Source of the DNA: Eimeria praecox
Taxonomy: Eukaryota
Reading direction: 5' to 3'
NCBI GenBank assembly: GCA_963920595.1
Contig: OY986948.1
Coordinates: 3,782,001-3,846,000 of the forward strand
Length of the DNA stretch: 64,000 nucleotides
Both the position numbers and the translations under genes were made by a program. Shown here piece by piece: positions 14,142 through 30,086 of the stretch (position 1 is its first letter; each line of letters begins with the position of its first letter). Below the pieces are notes generated by a model. It did not search any database, was not told the DNA's origin, and was given only the letters and a program-made list of their open reading frames with translations.

Positions 14142-15182
14142 AATGGGCCATTCAAGTTGAACAAGTGTATCCTATATTTCCATCTATCTATCTTACCTCT
14201 CTTTACCTATACACATATATTCTCATTATATAAATCAATACATATATGCATGCAAATATTCGTGCAAATGTCTCTGTTATTTAGATGCTTATGTTCAATT
14301 ATTTGCAGTTGTACATGTGCATTAATTAATCTATATTATACCCAAATTTATGGTTTTAGATGTGTCAGATTGGCAGTGTCTGTGTCTGTGGCATGCATGT
14401 GCATGCAATGTATTGCTAGATGCAAGAGCATATATAAAATATTTATACGGTAGCACGAGAGATATGATGCATTAGTAGGAGATGAGCATTTATACAGTCG
14501 TGCAAGAGTAGTGTGTTGATCTGCTATATTTGATATTTAGAAACAAATTATCGAATGAGTTTTCTGTGCCGCATACACCAACCAACCTCCCTTCGCCCCC
14601 AATAGTAGTAGTGCTACTATATTTATAGTAGGACGTAAGACAAGAGGTTTAGGAAATATTTAGTAAAATGTGTGCTCGTATTTGCTACTAGACCCAAACA
14701 TTGCTGTGTGCTTTCATTGTGACAGTATATTGAGGCATACTTATGACACTGTATTGGTGTTCTTCACACTCAGTGTATACACATGTGCATGCGCATGTAT
14801 ATTTATCTATATAAATAGGTGTATCTACATACTGCATGCACACAAAAGAGATATTGCAGGTTTAAGGGAGACAGGCGCCACCAACAAATTGTTGGCGTCT
14901 TTCCTTATATGTATGCCCCTATCCAACACAAAATAGCAACAACGAGTACACGTGTGTGAAACCCCGTATGCCCTCAAGCATGCAAACAAGTTTATGCATT
15001 GAGATGGCAGACGGAAATACATTTTTAAAAGGGCTCATAACCCGTAAACTACTATAGCAGGCGGCGCCACGCTGTCCGTAAACTCTAACGATAAGAAGGG
15101 CCTCGAAGGTTGTTCACAGGCTTCGCCTGTCACTACCAGCCCTCCCAACCCTAAAAGAAGTAAGAAATAAATATTTATTTAT

Positions 15183-15226
<44 letters not shown>

Positions 15227-17126
15227 AATTAGAAAATAATTCTGATTGAAGAAGCAAGAACCTCTCGGTAAAATAAAATACTTTAAAGGATTAGTCGTAA
15301 ACAGCACAAATATATTGTGGTGAAAGTAAGGATGGCGCTGAACATTGCCTGAAAACCTCTAGGGTGTATACAGCATTAGATCTAATGCCTAGGATAGCAT
15401 GCAGCTTAGCTTGGGCCTGCAAAAGCTACAAAAGTTAGACAGGATCAGTCAGACGTGTGCTCAACGGAGGGCTGGCGCCTATCTTCAAGCTGATAAGCGC
15501 GCATCGCACAAGCAAATCCAAAGTAGAATGGCAGCACACAAAGACAGTGCAACATCTAGAAAGTAGGTAGCTACTAACAGCTTCGTCACAGCACAAATAA
15601 CACACACATGCACACACATATACATACATACATACATACAAATATGCATACACAGAAATATACATTGTAGCTCTATCTTAGAGAGAGTGGCTATAGTCTC
15701 TTTTATATCTGCTATCACTGATTACTGGAATCTCGATGAAGCCATCCTCTTATGCCCCTACTAAACAACTATAGAAAGAGCCTGCAGCATGGCCTCTCTG
15801 AAGTTTCTACATGCGCTTCTGCTTGCATGCATGCCCGAATTTCATGGCCAAGTCTTGAACGATCGTTTACAGGGTTGGCGCATGCAGCGAATGGGGCTGA
15901 GTTATGCTTGCGTGCGGTGTTGTCGTGCAATAGTAGTAATAATATAATGACAGGCCGTAGCCTCCTCCTCCTAGGCCGTAGCCTCCTCGCGCAGGAAGCG
16001 TGAGAACAAGATGATAGGTTAAATACTGTTTTTTGGTAGCTATCTTCTGAATTATATTCGCTTTATTGCACCTCGTGATTGTCCTCAGTTCAGAACGAGA
16101 AGCCATAAAATAAAACTATAGAGCTTTCGCTCTATAGTTTTATTTGCCGTTGGCTCCTTCATTAAATATATTACACCATGATCACATCCCTTATTAGGTT
16201 TACAGCTGACTGAAGGCATAAGAGGAAATACAGGGAAAGTACTGTTAATGGTCGGTCCCCTCACACCACACCAGCAGGAGCGCGATCAGTTTGAAGTAGC
16301 GAGTAGCGGCTCCTGTATAATAATAATATGTTTTTATTGCATTGTTTTATATGAAAACAATCTATTAAAAGTATTTTGTTCTACACTATGGTCATGCAAT
16401 GACTTGCAGACTCCCTCCCAAAACAGCAGATATCGTGGTTGGTGGTTCACAAGCAACCTGCAATAACACACCTCTAGTACAGACGATCTTGAAGACGAAG
16501 GCATGCATTAGAGGAGCTTATTATTGTATTATTTTAGAGTTGTTACTTGATTGAAAGCCTCATAACAATCCCAACAGAGCCCTTTAGAGAGCTGTGAGCC
16601 CGTAAAGCTAATAAGAAATGAGGCGTTTTCAATCTCGCCACCGCGCTCATGCAGCCCCAAACACCACCACTGGTGTCTTGCTCCTTCTAAATTTAGGGCT
16701 TTTATTATAAACATGTGTAATTGGGATTGTTTCTCCACTATCTTAGCCTTTGACTGTTACATTTGAATGTGCATGCTATCCCCAGACCCGCGACTTTTCC
16801 TTGCCATGTAGCTGCTGCCGACTTACAGGTCGAATTCAAGTAGGAGTTCTTTATGAAATCATGAAAATATCTTTAGTAGTCATGTACTGATAGAGTTGAA
16901 AGTCTTGTTCTGTTCAATGAATAGATAGACAACGCCTCATTGACCCCATCCTTGCTAGGTGGTTGTGTATATCGAGGCGTAACACATCGAAATACGGCCC
17001 TCTCTATGGTTTATTTTTCATGGCTTTCCATTTTTTAGTTTACAAATCGTGACTAAAGGTATTTACAGCAGTATTTCCAAGAAAACGAGAGGCTAGCGAC
17101 TAGCGCTTCTCACGGGTGCAGCTGTG

Positions 17127-19373
<2,247 letters not shown>

Positions 19374-19376
<3 letters not shown>

Positions 19377-19416
19377 GGTTTAGGGTTTAGGGTTTAGGGT
19401 TTAGGGTTTAGGGTTT
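19374..19416 (+). repeat. Interstitial telomere-like tract (TAGGGTT)6 beginning at the stop codon
   Basis: Six copies; the first TAG is the stop codon of the 17127-19376 gene. Confidence 0.95.
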
Positions 19417-19580
19417 CTGGCTCAGGGTTTGGGGTGTAGGCAATGGCGGGCAAACGCCTGCACAGCGTTGCACTGCAGCCGAAATCTCTCTAGCCAAACT
19501 TTTTCTGTTTTTGCTTTCACAGACTTCTTGAAGTCTAAACAACTGTAGCAATATATTGACGACAATAATACTGCTTATCT

Positions 19581-19845
19581 AGATGCAGTAATTGTCACGG
19601 GACGTAGTGGTTGTTATAAGCAAATACTGCTAGTAGAGGGGCAATAGTTTTTATGAGCAATGCAGCTTTTGTAGAGGCAGTGTTTGTTATAAGGGAATGC
19701 TGCTTATATAGAGATAGTAGTTGTTATAAATAATACAGCGACTATAGAGGCAGTATCTTCTGTACGTAAATACAATCTGTGAAGAGGCAGTAGTAGTAGT
19801 TGTAGTAGTAATAGTACAACTTGTCAAGAGGCACGAGTAGCTATT
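19581..19845. repeat. Degenerate ~37-bp minisatellite (AGAGGCAGTAGTTGTTATAAG.AATAC.GC..)
   Basis: AGAGGCAGT-like anchors recur at about 19635, 19673, 19710, 19746, 19783 and 19827. Confidence 0.6.
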
Positions 19846-20131
19846 GACCTCATTGTGCACTTCATGCGTCCATAGAAATAATAATTATGTTTAAGTATGA
19901 GTATGAGGCCCCCGTAAACATAATAACTATAACACTATAACTATAACTATAATGTTTAGTGACAGCAAGGTCATGTCTACTACTGACTTGCAAGCATTAG
20001 AACAGTAAACCTACTGCAATCAACCCTGGATAGGGCAATCAGTAGATATGAGCATATCAACAGCAGCCATATAGTAGCAAGAAGTATATATAATAGAACC
20101 CTGATTTAGGCAACAATTAAAACAGCAGATG

Positions 20132-20192
<61 letters not shown>

Positions 20193-20473
20193 AGCAGGAG
20201 CAGAGAACTGTCAAGTTAACGGGAAGAAAATGAAGTTGGGGCAGTCACCCGCATTTTCAGAAAGATTGAAATGAAGAATTCAGATTATTTCTGTATACCA
20301 CGTTGTGAACAATGATGGCGATGCCAAACAAACGGCAGTTAGACAACAGCAATACAGGAAGTATTTGCATTTCCTGTTGTTGCTGTGAAGTAGAAGAAGT
20401 TGCGATGATATAGAAGTGCCTTCATGTATTATAGACATGCATATATGCATAGATATACGTGAACATTTATTCA

Positions 20474-20557
<84 letters not shown>

Positions 20558-20572
20558 GCAATATCCTGCGCT

Positions 20573-21004
20573 TTACATTTTGGTGCCGCGAACATCTGCG
20601 GGGCTACGGTCGAGTAGGTTTGAAAGATCATTAACTTTGTCGTCTTTTGTGCTGGGGCCTCCATGTGCATGAACTCCAGTGTATAGGCTTTTGTCGTCAT
20701 GGAATTTGTTAGCCATGGCTTTGGTGCCAGTATAGACAGGTCCAGCAGCGCTGGTGATCTGAGAGACGAGCTCCTGGAAGCCTATCTTTTTCTTCTCTGC
20801 AATTAATTGCAAAGCCTGCTCGAATTCTGCCTCTGTGATGGTCTTGGCTCCCTTTTGTTTCACCTTGGCGAATATCAGGTCTGCGTCAGTTGTTGTGTAC
20901 AGCTTACAAAACACCTTGCAATCCTTGCACACCTTCACGAAGGTCCGGCCGTCCATAGCCGCTGCCCCGTGAGTAAACGCGTCAAATACGCTCTGAACTG
21001 ACAT
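20573..21004 (-). CDS. TPPP: Short-type tubulin polymerization-promoting protein (p25-alpha domain), 143 aa
   Basis: Motifs [53 protein letters not shown] and [14 protein letters not shown] are characteristic of protist short-type TPPP. Coding region is intronless. Confidence 0.92.
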   Translation of the reverse strand: MSVQSVFDAFTHGAAAMDGRTFVKVCKDCKVFCKLYTTTDADLIFAKVKQKGAKTITEAEFEQALQLIAEKKKIGFQELVSQITSAAGPVYTGTKAMANKFHDDKSLYTGVHAHGGPSTKDDKVNDLSNLLDRSPADVRGTKM

Positions 21005-22563
21005 TTTGAAGCTGTTTATGAATTGAATTTATAGTGCTTGCAACCAAAACCCTAATCGCATACACACACACAACGCCTCCAGCCGCCATCCATGAGGTTA
21101 CGGGTCTAGGAGCCACGTTAGCACCAGAAGATGGAAAATGCAATGTAAATATTTAAAATAGTTTAGCTAGGGAAGTTTTCTCGTTTCTGTACATGCCAGA
21201 CGGACACGAACAGTCAAGCCAGTGGCAACACCAGCCGCAGCTACAGAGTCTTGCCTGCTTACTAGGACGAAAGCAGCACTTTGGCTTTCTTAAATGTATT
21301 TCTTTTACTTAAAGTTTTGTGCACAACATGAAAGGCAACTCTACTCAAGCAACACCAGCCGAGCAGAGAGGGTGCACAAGGCCCCTACGAATCGAAGCAG
21401 GCGCGCACTCTCGAGTCGTTCTTTGAAACTAGCATGAATACGCCTGAAATTCTCAATCATAAATTATAACATTGTGATTTCAAGAAGTTTAATATTTTTT
21501 GTGGCTTAAACATACTGCAAGGTAGACAATCCCTATAGGTCACCACCCTCCCCCCCGGCCTCCTTAGCACAATGCCGCGTGCGTGCCTCCGCATTCATTT
21601 GTATAAACGAATTGAAATATTACTGCCATAATTTAAAAGTTATTAATGCCATTTGGTTCAAGGACGTTTTCCAAAACACAGCAAACAACAGCCAACATAT
21701 GATAAAAGAGGCGACGGTGACAAGGCACGAAGGCGTAGTGACTTCCTCTGTACAACTCATGTGCACATACAAAACCCACCAAGGAAGCAAGTGTAAATAG
21801 AGCCACTGAAATATCAAAACGAAATAAAAATACAAGAAAAACCCTAGCAATATGCGTAGCTTCAGCCTGTTTCAGTAGAAGGGCCAAGCGGGTGAGAGTG
21901 GTTGATACTGGCATTCAGCAAGAACACTTCGAGCTAACACCTTGAGCTTCGAGCACCGCTCTCGATTGCTTCCCAATCCGTAGAGCAACGCCATTAATTA
22001 TTAGATGTAAACAATTTATTATATGTATTATCTAGTGTTTTCCTTTAACAGCCCCAAAACCGAGGTCTAGCCTCAAGGAAGGGCGTCACAAAGCGCGCTT
22101 TCAATCTATTCGAAGGCCGCCTAGCGTTCGAGTCGAAGTTAGAAAGCGATGTGAAGTGGGCGAAATAATGCCGGTAGTGGAATAGATAAGCATCACAAAG
22201 TGCAATTGAACGTGGGGAAGTGTAGACTGCCTCCCCATACATACCAAATATAGCTTGTCGCTACTGCAAAAAGCAAATAAAACAGCGGAGCAGAGAGATT
22301 CTCGTGGCCCTTCATCGGTTCAACACCATACTTCCTGCTGAAATAAACCCCTTCATTGAATCCTTGTTGCTGGCTGCAAGCGTGTTGCAAGCCATGGGGC
22401 CATTCCAACAGCAGCACATCTATGTGCCTGCATCTATATATATATATATCTATATATATCTATATTTACATATCTATATATATTATCTATATCTATATCT
22501 AGGCATCTACATCTACGACCACATCTCTATCTCTATGCCTGTAACCATACATGTCTACCTACC

Positions 22564-22623
<60 letters not shown>

Positions 22624-22843
22624 TACTCAAGGGAGAATGTGTGCATTCACGTGCGGTGAGGGCAGCAAATTACAAAAGCAACAATCTAGTTCTAAACAAG
22701 AAGAACAACCGAAAAACAATCTAAAGCAGCCGAGCCATAAGCATTGAGGGTCTAAACCCCTTGCTCCTCTGCAGCCAGCCACCACCCCGGTTGGTTTCAA
22801 CGTAACGTTGGTGTAGTTGCTACCGGGGGTGCTGCTTCTGCAT

Positions 22844-23811
22844 TTATTGGATTTGTTGCTGCTGTTGATGTTCCTGTTGCTGCTGCAGTTCTTGTACACA
22901 TCTGCTGCAGCTGCAAGTAAACTGATAATTGTTGAGTAGATGTTGTCTTTGTGTGGCTGGAAGGTCGAGAGGGACGTACGTGATTGTGACTTCCTCTCCT
23001 ACTTGAATATCTCTCTCTGCTTTCAGAGTAATGAATGCATCTTGCTCATTCTGTACATTGCAATTAGGGATGCAGCTATGATTGCAGCAAGCCTGCAGCA
23101 CGTACACTCCAGCCCCCCGTAATAACATGAGGCTGCCAGCTGCTGTCGCCCCCCATAGCAGCAATGCCTGTGCATTCCTCATGAGACTGCCATAGAAGAA
23201 AGCCAAAGCACTTTCCCCTAGAAGAGCTTCTGTAGCCTCTGGGCCCAGTGCCACTGATAGAGAGGCTGCCAGCTGCTGCTGCAGCTGTTGCTGCGCTCCC
23301 TTCAAGTCGAAAGCACTTAAAACTTCTGCAGCAGATGCTGCAGACAGCCTCAGAAAAGGCCTACATGCCTCTGCATAGGCTGTTTCTAAATCTAAGTTGA
23401 AGGTATTTCGTAGTGTTATTGTTGTTGCAGCAACACGCGCTACTGCACGCCCCAATGCTTCTACTCCTATGGGGTTTTCAGTGTTTGTTTCTTCTCCCCT
23501 TGCTTGTATTTTTACTATATTTATCTCATCTGTTTTCGTATTTAACCCCGTGTTGTCTGCTGCTACTCCGACATTCATTTGACTCCCTATAGAAACCCCT
23601 TCACCTCCATTAATGTTTGATGCAGAGGCAGCAGCAGTTTGCTGCTGTTTATCATACTGCCGCAGATGAAGAAGAGAGTCTAAAGATAACAACTCCATCC
23701 ATCCAAACTCCCGCTGCTCCTTCCACTTGCTGCTGCTGTTGCTGCTGTTGCTGCTGTCACTGCAGGTGGAGGGACTCACCAGCGACCCGTCGAGGTCGCG
23801 TTTGCTGCGAA

Positions 23812-23850
<39 letters not shown>

Positions 23851-24370
23851 GGGGTGTGCCTTCTGCTTCTGCTGCTTTGGGAGCCCCCCAGGCCTGGTGA
23901 TAGCACCTGGGGCTGCAGAACCAAAGGCCCTCTCCCCCTTCTGCTTCGCGCACGCATATACCTGTTTCTTCTTCTTCCCCCTCAGATGCTGCTGCTGCTG
24001 CTGCAGCAGTAGCAGCGGTAGCTGCTGCTTCGTCTGAGACGCTCTCAGTCGGGTGCCTTCCTCCTGCTGCTGCTGCTGTAGCGGGTAGTGTAGGATGCAA
24101 CGATGCATGCCTCTGTTTGTGTTTGTGTTGTGTGGGGTGGGGGTGGAAGGGACGTATTCTAAGGCAATTTTCACAGAAAGAAAAAGCCTCAAAGCCTGCA
24201 GAAGCCTTCACAGGCCAAGCAAGCAGAGGGGCCTCCACGAGAAGGGTCTGACCAGCAGATATGGGTTGAGAGGCCCTCAGTTCTTTCCCATGGGGCCCCC
24301 AGTTCACGTTGAACGGGTAAGAGGAGCATAGTGCTGCATAGTCTGCAGCCCATTCAAAGTCAGACGACAT
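22844..24370 (-). CDS. SMYD-type SET-domain lysine methyltransferase (508 aa, intronless)
   Basis: Start at MSSDFEW (ATG 24370). SET-N GKELRASQPISAGQTLLVEAPL; MYND remnants FCENC and FCSPRC..AW; SET-C GVYVLQACCNHSCIPNC and AERDIQVGEEVTITY; post-SET YQFTCSCSRC. Confidence 0.9.
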
Positions 24371-24546
24371 CTTGTTAAATATACAATATACTATGATGAG
24401 ATAAATACTATTCTGGAAATACAGAAGAAATAATAAAATAAAATACACAGAAGTTCAAAAGACCTGAAGTCGTTTCAATAGGTAGGTACACAGGGGGGGA
24501 GAAAAAGAGAAAGCAGAGGATTTGGCTCTGCTGAGGATCTCAATAA

Positions 24547-24581
24547 AGGGTTTAGGGTTTAGGGTTTAGGGTTTAGGGTTT
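24547..24581 (+). repeat. Interstitial telomere-like tract (AGGGTTT)5 upstream of the SET gene
   Basis: Directly visible. Confidence 0.95.
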
Positions 24582-27500
24582 AGATTTTGGTATTACTGTA
24601 GAAGTAATTTTAAAGGGATAAACGAAACAGGCGAAGAGGTAGGTAGGTTGTTGAAAAGAACAGGCACGGGGAGGGTGAGGGCCTGCAGGTCCTACTCGAA
24701 CAAGTCTAATTGTATTTTTATTTGTTTTTATATGTTTTTCATCTAAATATATCTAATGGGTTATGCTAGGATGAGGTTTAAGGCCTGCGAATGATAGGGC
24801 GACGGGGCTGAGGTCTTCTAGATCTTCATAACTGTACTCGTATACACTCGAACTCAGTAAATAAACAACTTTATTTGAATCAATCAATAAATATCAAAAT
24901 ACTTTTCAGTTTATGCGAATTTCACATATTTTTATCTACACACTTGATAACGTTGTACTGTATCCTGCGTTTATATTGTATCCATTTCTCCCCCCCATAA
25001 GGAGAATCTAAAAGCGCATTGCAGTGGCTTTGTTGTTATATTAAGTCTTCTTCTTTTTATATCAATTGAAATCAATTATTAATTCAAATTGTTTTTTTCT
25101 ATACCCAACATACATTCGTTATTTCTCGTCATGATCACGTAAGTTATGTTAGTATCCCCTATCCACTCGAAGGCTGCGAATTGAGTCGATCTCCTTCTTG
25201 TATGACTTCCCCCCAAAGCAACTGCTAACCTTCCTTCCACTCTCAAGGTGTCGAGGACAGAGAAACGCAAAGGCCCGAGGCCGGGGAGGGAAGAGACGGC
25301 CTAGGCGGCATCATGAGCAAGCGCACTCAAGCCTCCTTTCGATGCATGCCGTAACACAGTAGATAATTTTTAAACGCTTTCGGGACCCTCAGTAGCAAGC
25401 CTGGGCCCAAGATAGAATGCTTAGACAAAGCTCGAAAGCGTATGCTGCATGCATCCCCACAATGCTATCGTATATATCGATCGCAGACCAGGTATGGGTG
25501 CATCGAAGCAGAGGAATACGGTTGGGGAAGGGGCCGTAGCCCCGATAACACAATATGCCCGGCACCCGAGCAAGGACAAGAAAAACTGCAAAGAAAAGGA
25601 AGAATGAGATATGCCGCTGCTGTTTATTTGTGCTGTCGCTGCTGCCCAGCCGCATCTCACTGCGGCTGGCCAGTGAAGTGGCTAGGCCACTGGCCATCTA
25701 AGGTGATTATCCCCTTGCGCCAGGGTAGGTAGCCGTTTTTCTACTAGGACATCCCAAGCCAACCCAAAACGTACAGCGCGACTCTGCCGAGGCTCAACAT
25801 CTATGCGCGCATGAGCAGGTTACCTGCCTGCCCCCAAGTGCTGTAGGCGGCAACGAGATTGCCATTGTATCGAACGAACGTGGTGGTAGAGGAATACGGG
25901 AACTTAATTACGGCAGGGGTTCGCGTAGGCATAGTGGTATGATAGCTTCTTTACACGTAGCAATGCAGAAACAGCAGGTTACATGTTGCCCAAATATACG
26001 CTGCACTCTCCACGAACATGCTCGTCGTCGCCACTGCGGATTTGAGAAAGCATGTAAATGTTCATGAGGAAATGTTTAGCAAAAGTGATCCTCAGATGCC
26101 CCATTCTGAGTTTCTTGTAGAGGAACATGATATTCTCACTTTCTGTGGTCATTTCACTTGTGTCCAGGATCTTGGTCTCCTTGAGTTCCTCCCTCTCTCA
26201 ATGACACAGCTTCACCTTCATGAGGCGCGCTTGGCGAAATACCGGTGATTGCCTGAGCTGTTCGAGGAAACAAGCAATAAGGCAGTAATGACATGGTGGC
26301 CACTCCGTGTCGGTAGTGACTCGGCTGCAAAAGTCAACGCATTATCCTGTAGCGAACATCGAAGGGCCCTACGGAGCGCATGGTGAACTTCTGTTACTCG
26401 CCTTGCTGCGCGCTTCGCATAGCATGCAAGCAGCCCACAGAAACCAAGATACATGAGCAAAAGTAACTTGCGAACGCCAATTTGCCTGCTGCCCTTTCGT
26501 GCTGTTCTTCCATTCTTCCGTTGCTGCAATATTCGCAAGCCCTGCAAGTGCTTCCTCGCATTCCAGCTGAGCGCAAGCATGCCGCTCTTGTGTGTAGCCT
26601 TGCATACTGCATTGGCTAGCTTCAAAAGCCCGTTACAGAGCTGCTGCTGCGGGTCGGCAGGTGCATTCATGGATCCCAAGGCGTAGGCGTGTCTTGTATT
26701 TTGTTGATGGGGGCTTGAAGCGCGGGCATGTGCCTGCTGCGGGGATGTACTGGAATATGCGTCAGCTTGGCCAACAGATGAATAAGGTACTGAACCCTGC
26801 AGGGAGGCAAATCACCCGTCTACCCGGGGCATGGTGAACTTTCGCTCCACTGTGATGTGCTTTGAGGAGTTTGTAATCGACCCACATGGGCTGCCTCCAG
26901 GCTTTTGCTCCGCCTGCACGGGAACGTGTCCAAACACGCTAGGTGACCGATTCGCTTCCTTAGAAGTTCGTCTGCCTGCCGCTTGGCTTCCTCCTCAAGG
27001 TGTGGGATTCTCCTGCACTTGCGACGAGCTGTACAGTTGGGCCAGATGTGCGTTCGTTTCGCTGTAATTGGCGTCTAGAGGGTTATGATCCCGCTGGAAT
27101 TTCCTTACTCCACAGTCGCCCTTGTAAAAGCTCACCTGAGAACAGTTTCTTCAACTGTGCCCAGTTATGCTCTTCCGAGGGATTCTGTCCCACAGAATAT
27201 AGCAAAGCTGCGGTTTTCCGAATTACCATCGCCACCGAGTATATGCATTTTTGCATCGTTCTCGAAATAGGCTCTGCAATGCTTAGGCGATTCTTAGCTT
27301 TTTTCTTCTTGGGAGACTGACTTTATTTCTCTTGCCGTAGATGATTCAGATGGTGCTTAGTTGCTCGCTTTTTTCCGCCTTCCCGCACCGGGCAGCTTCT
27401 GTTTAACTTAGCCGTTGACAGCAGGCGTATCAGTATGTTGCAGTTAACTGACCCAATCTAAAAATTTGTTTCACGGCAATATGATACACGGGCGTGTTCC

Positions 27501-29856
27501 ACCTTTCACCGTATACCACTCTCCCAGCGGGTAGGCCAGTGCGGGCTGCACCTGGCCTGCACCTGGCCTGGCCACACCCCTACGATGAACCATTGGCATA
27601 GAACCTCCTGCTGCACCGTTGGAACTCAAACCTCTCAGTGTTCGGCTCTCTCGATAGCTTACTCCGCCACGCTCGTTCCCCTTGGTGATCAGCCTACGTC
27701 ATAGCGCGTGTTGGAGAGCTTCCACAGTTCAGCTGTGGTTCTGAAAAGTGGTGTTTGCTCAGAAGTAACTACCATTGGCGTGTACTCCATTCTAACAATG
27801 GCATTGTTGATAGTGATTCGGACTCCCAGAAGGCTTAGTGAATACAAAGGTATGCGTCCAGAGAAGCAACAAATCCCTGTACTGCCCCCTTGCATCAAGA
27901 CGCCGGTCATATTTGCACTATCTACAGAGGCGGAGGCATTCTCTCTATATTTTTTTCTGGCTAAAGACGTTTTCGGCTGGCTCCTTTCTGGATACTGGGC
28001 TAGCTGCAATGCGGCGAGGCGCCTGGCACTTGGCCTCCTCTCCTCCAGAGGGCAGGTCCTGATTAACCTTCATCACTCGAGGGGGAAAACATTTAGTTTT
28101 GGGCAACTATCTTGGAGAGGATGCCAACATGGCCCCTCTTCCCTTTCCTTGTCGAAACACCTCAAGACTAATTAGCGCAATGAGTCATGTCGCACAGCTT
28201 TTAACGATGGAGTTCGCTGCTCATGCCTGACTCTCTAAGTCGTTCGGCGCTGAAGATTGTATCCAAAGGCCATGATCTTATCTAAGGATAGATGCAAGCT
28301 GAAATAGCTGTAGTATAGGCTAAATATTTAACATGTGAGTTTTCCCAAAACAGTTAGGCTCCCCCGCCAACCTCCAGGTGGGCACAGGGGCACAAAACTT
28401 TGAGGCTGATGCGGCTCACAACCCGCGGTGCGACTTGCTGCAACACTTACTTTATTGCAGCTTCACATACAAGTATAGACAACCCCCTTTGCTGAATTCA
28501 ATGACACTGCACACAGTTCTTCAATACTTACTTTGCCCTCAACAGCTAGCCCGCACGCACGTAGAAGCACACGTACCTACGTGCAAACAGAGAATGCTAC
28601 AGAGATTATGCAGACTTCTGGGACAGAAAAAAATAGGATGATCTGCGAATAAATTGGCTAGTTTCAACTCCCTCTTCATCATTTCAGTCCTAGCTTCAAT
28701 TGGGGGGATCTGCCAGCTTCCCTCAGCAACACAATCCAGGCTTGCCCACAGCCAAAGCAGTGGGTTTAAATGCCCTTTTATACTCACAACTTAAGTGAAA
28801 CTTAAAAAAAATATCCCGAGTCAAGTTACCAGATGTCTTTCAGTGAATTCCTCTCCAGCCAAAACCAGCGACACGTGCACCGAAGCCATAGAAATGTAGT
28901 TTCAGGCGGCGCAGCAGAAGAGTCAAAGTTGTTAGCTTTTTAACTTATTTAAGATAAAAGATCCTACAATTCACTAGAAATTAATGATTTCTTGTATAAA
29001 TGGGTAAGCATGAGGCGGAAGAGATAGCATTGAGGAAACCCATTCCGTACCGCCGTCGTGCGCAGCGCTGTCGCGCTCGGGTTTGCTGCTCCAGCTATAT
29101 TTTTTGTATTTCGCTCTAAATTAATAATATTATACAAGAAGAGGGGTATATATATCTAAACTTCAATGTTTTTAGGTTGCAAATTCAAAAACTTCGTTGA
29201 CAGCGAGCGCGCGGTGCACCGGCAGTTGCTTAGCCACAGCAGCAGCAGCCCATCAACAGTAGGCGTACTGAGCAGCAGCTGTGTCCGCAGCCCCATAGTT
29301 ATTGGGACTTGGTTTATGATGAAAGTACGTATTAAAAGTGGAAGATAAGATCAAATCGGCACATGAGCTTTAAACTGTTGCCGTGTGTAGTCGCTGTACG
29401 CCTTGACCACTCTCATCTACGGCGAGGAAGGAAGCTTGATCGACAGGGAGCCTTCGTGGTTTTTTCTTCATGAGAGATTTTCTCTATTGTTCTTCTTTAA
29501 AGAGATTTCCTCAGTTTTTTTTGAAGATCACTCAATTGATTCCCAGCTTTCCACCTTCTGCGCATCTCCTTTCGCCGAGGCCGGCGCTGGCGCAGTCAGT
29601 GCAGTGACCTGCCTGCGAGCGAACGGCATTGAGAGCAATTCGATATTGAAGTTCATTTGTAAATATTCGATTGTTTTAAGTCTTTATTTAGAAGAATATT
29701 CCCTTTAAAATCTCGAGATCCTTTTTATACGGAAGGAATCCTCGCGATCTGTTCCCCCTCTAGAGTTGCTCGTTCGCGGGGCCGCAGAAGTAAACAACAA
29801 GCTGATAGTCAAGTAATACGGAAAAAGATAAGCTTTATTCAAATAAAACCCCCACA

Positions 29857-30026
29857 ATGGGAAATGTATGTGCTTCCTGCTGCGGGGATTCAAACAATCC
29901 ACTGTATATGCAGCTAGAAGCTATCAAAGGAGGTGAAGAAGCTCTAGCAAAGCTCTTTAGGCCTGAAATGGCAGATATACTACACGAAGGTGTTTCTGTA
30001 GGACTGATACTTCAGGTAAATCAATT

Positions 30027-30086
<60 letters not shown>

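Noticed and set aside
19581..19845. CRISPR-like ~37-bp repeats
   Set aside because: Degenerate tandem units with no repeat-spacer alternation.
24371..24448. N-terminal extension of the SET ORF given by the track
   Set aside because: Begins at a non-ATG codon in AT-rich sequence; the first ATG is at 24370.
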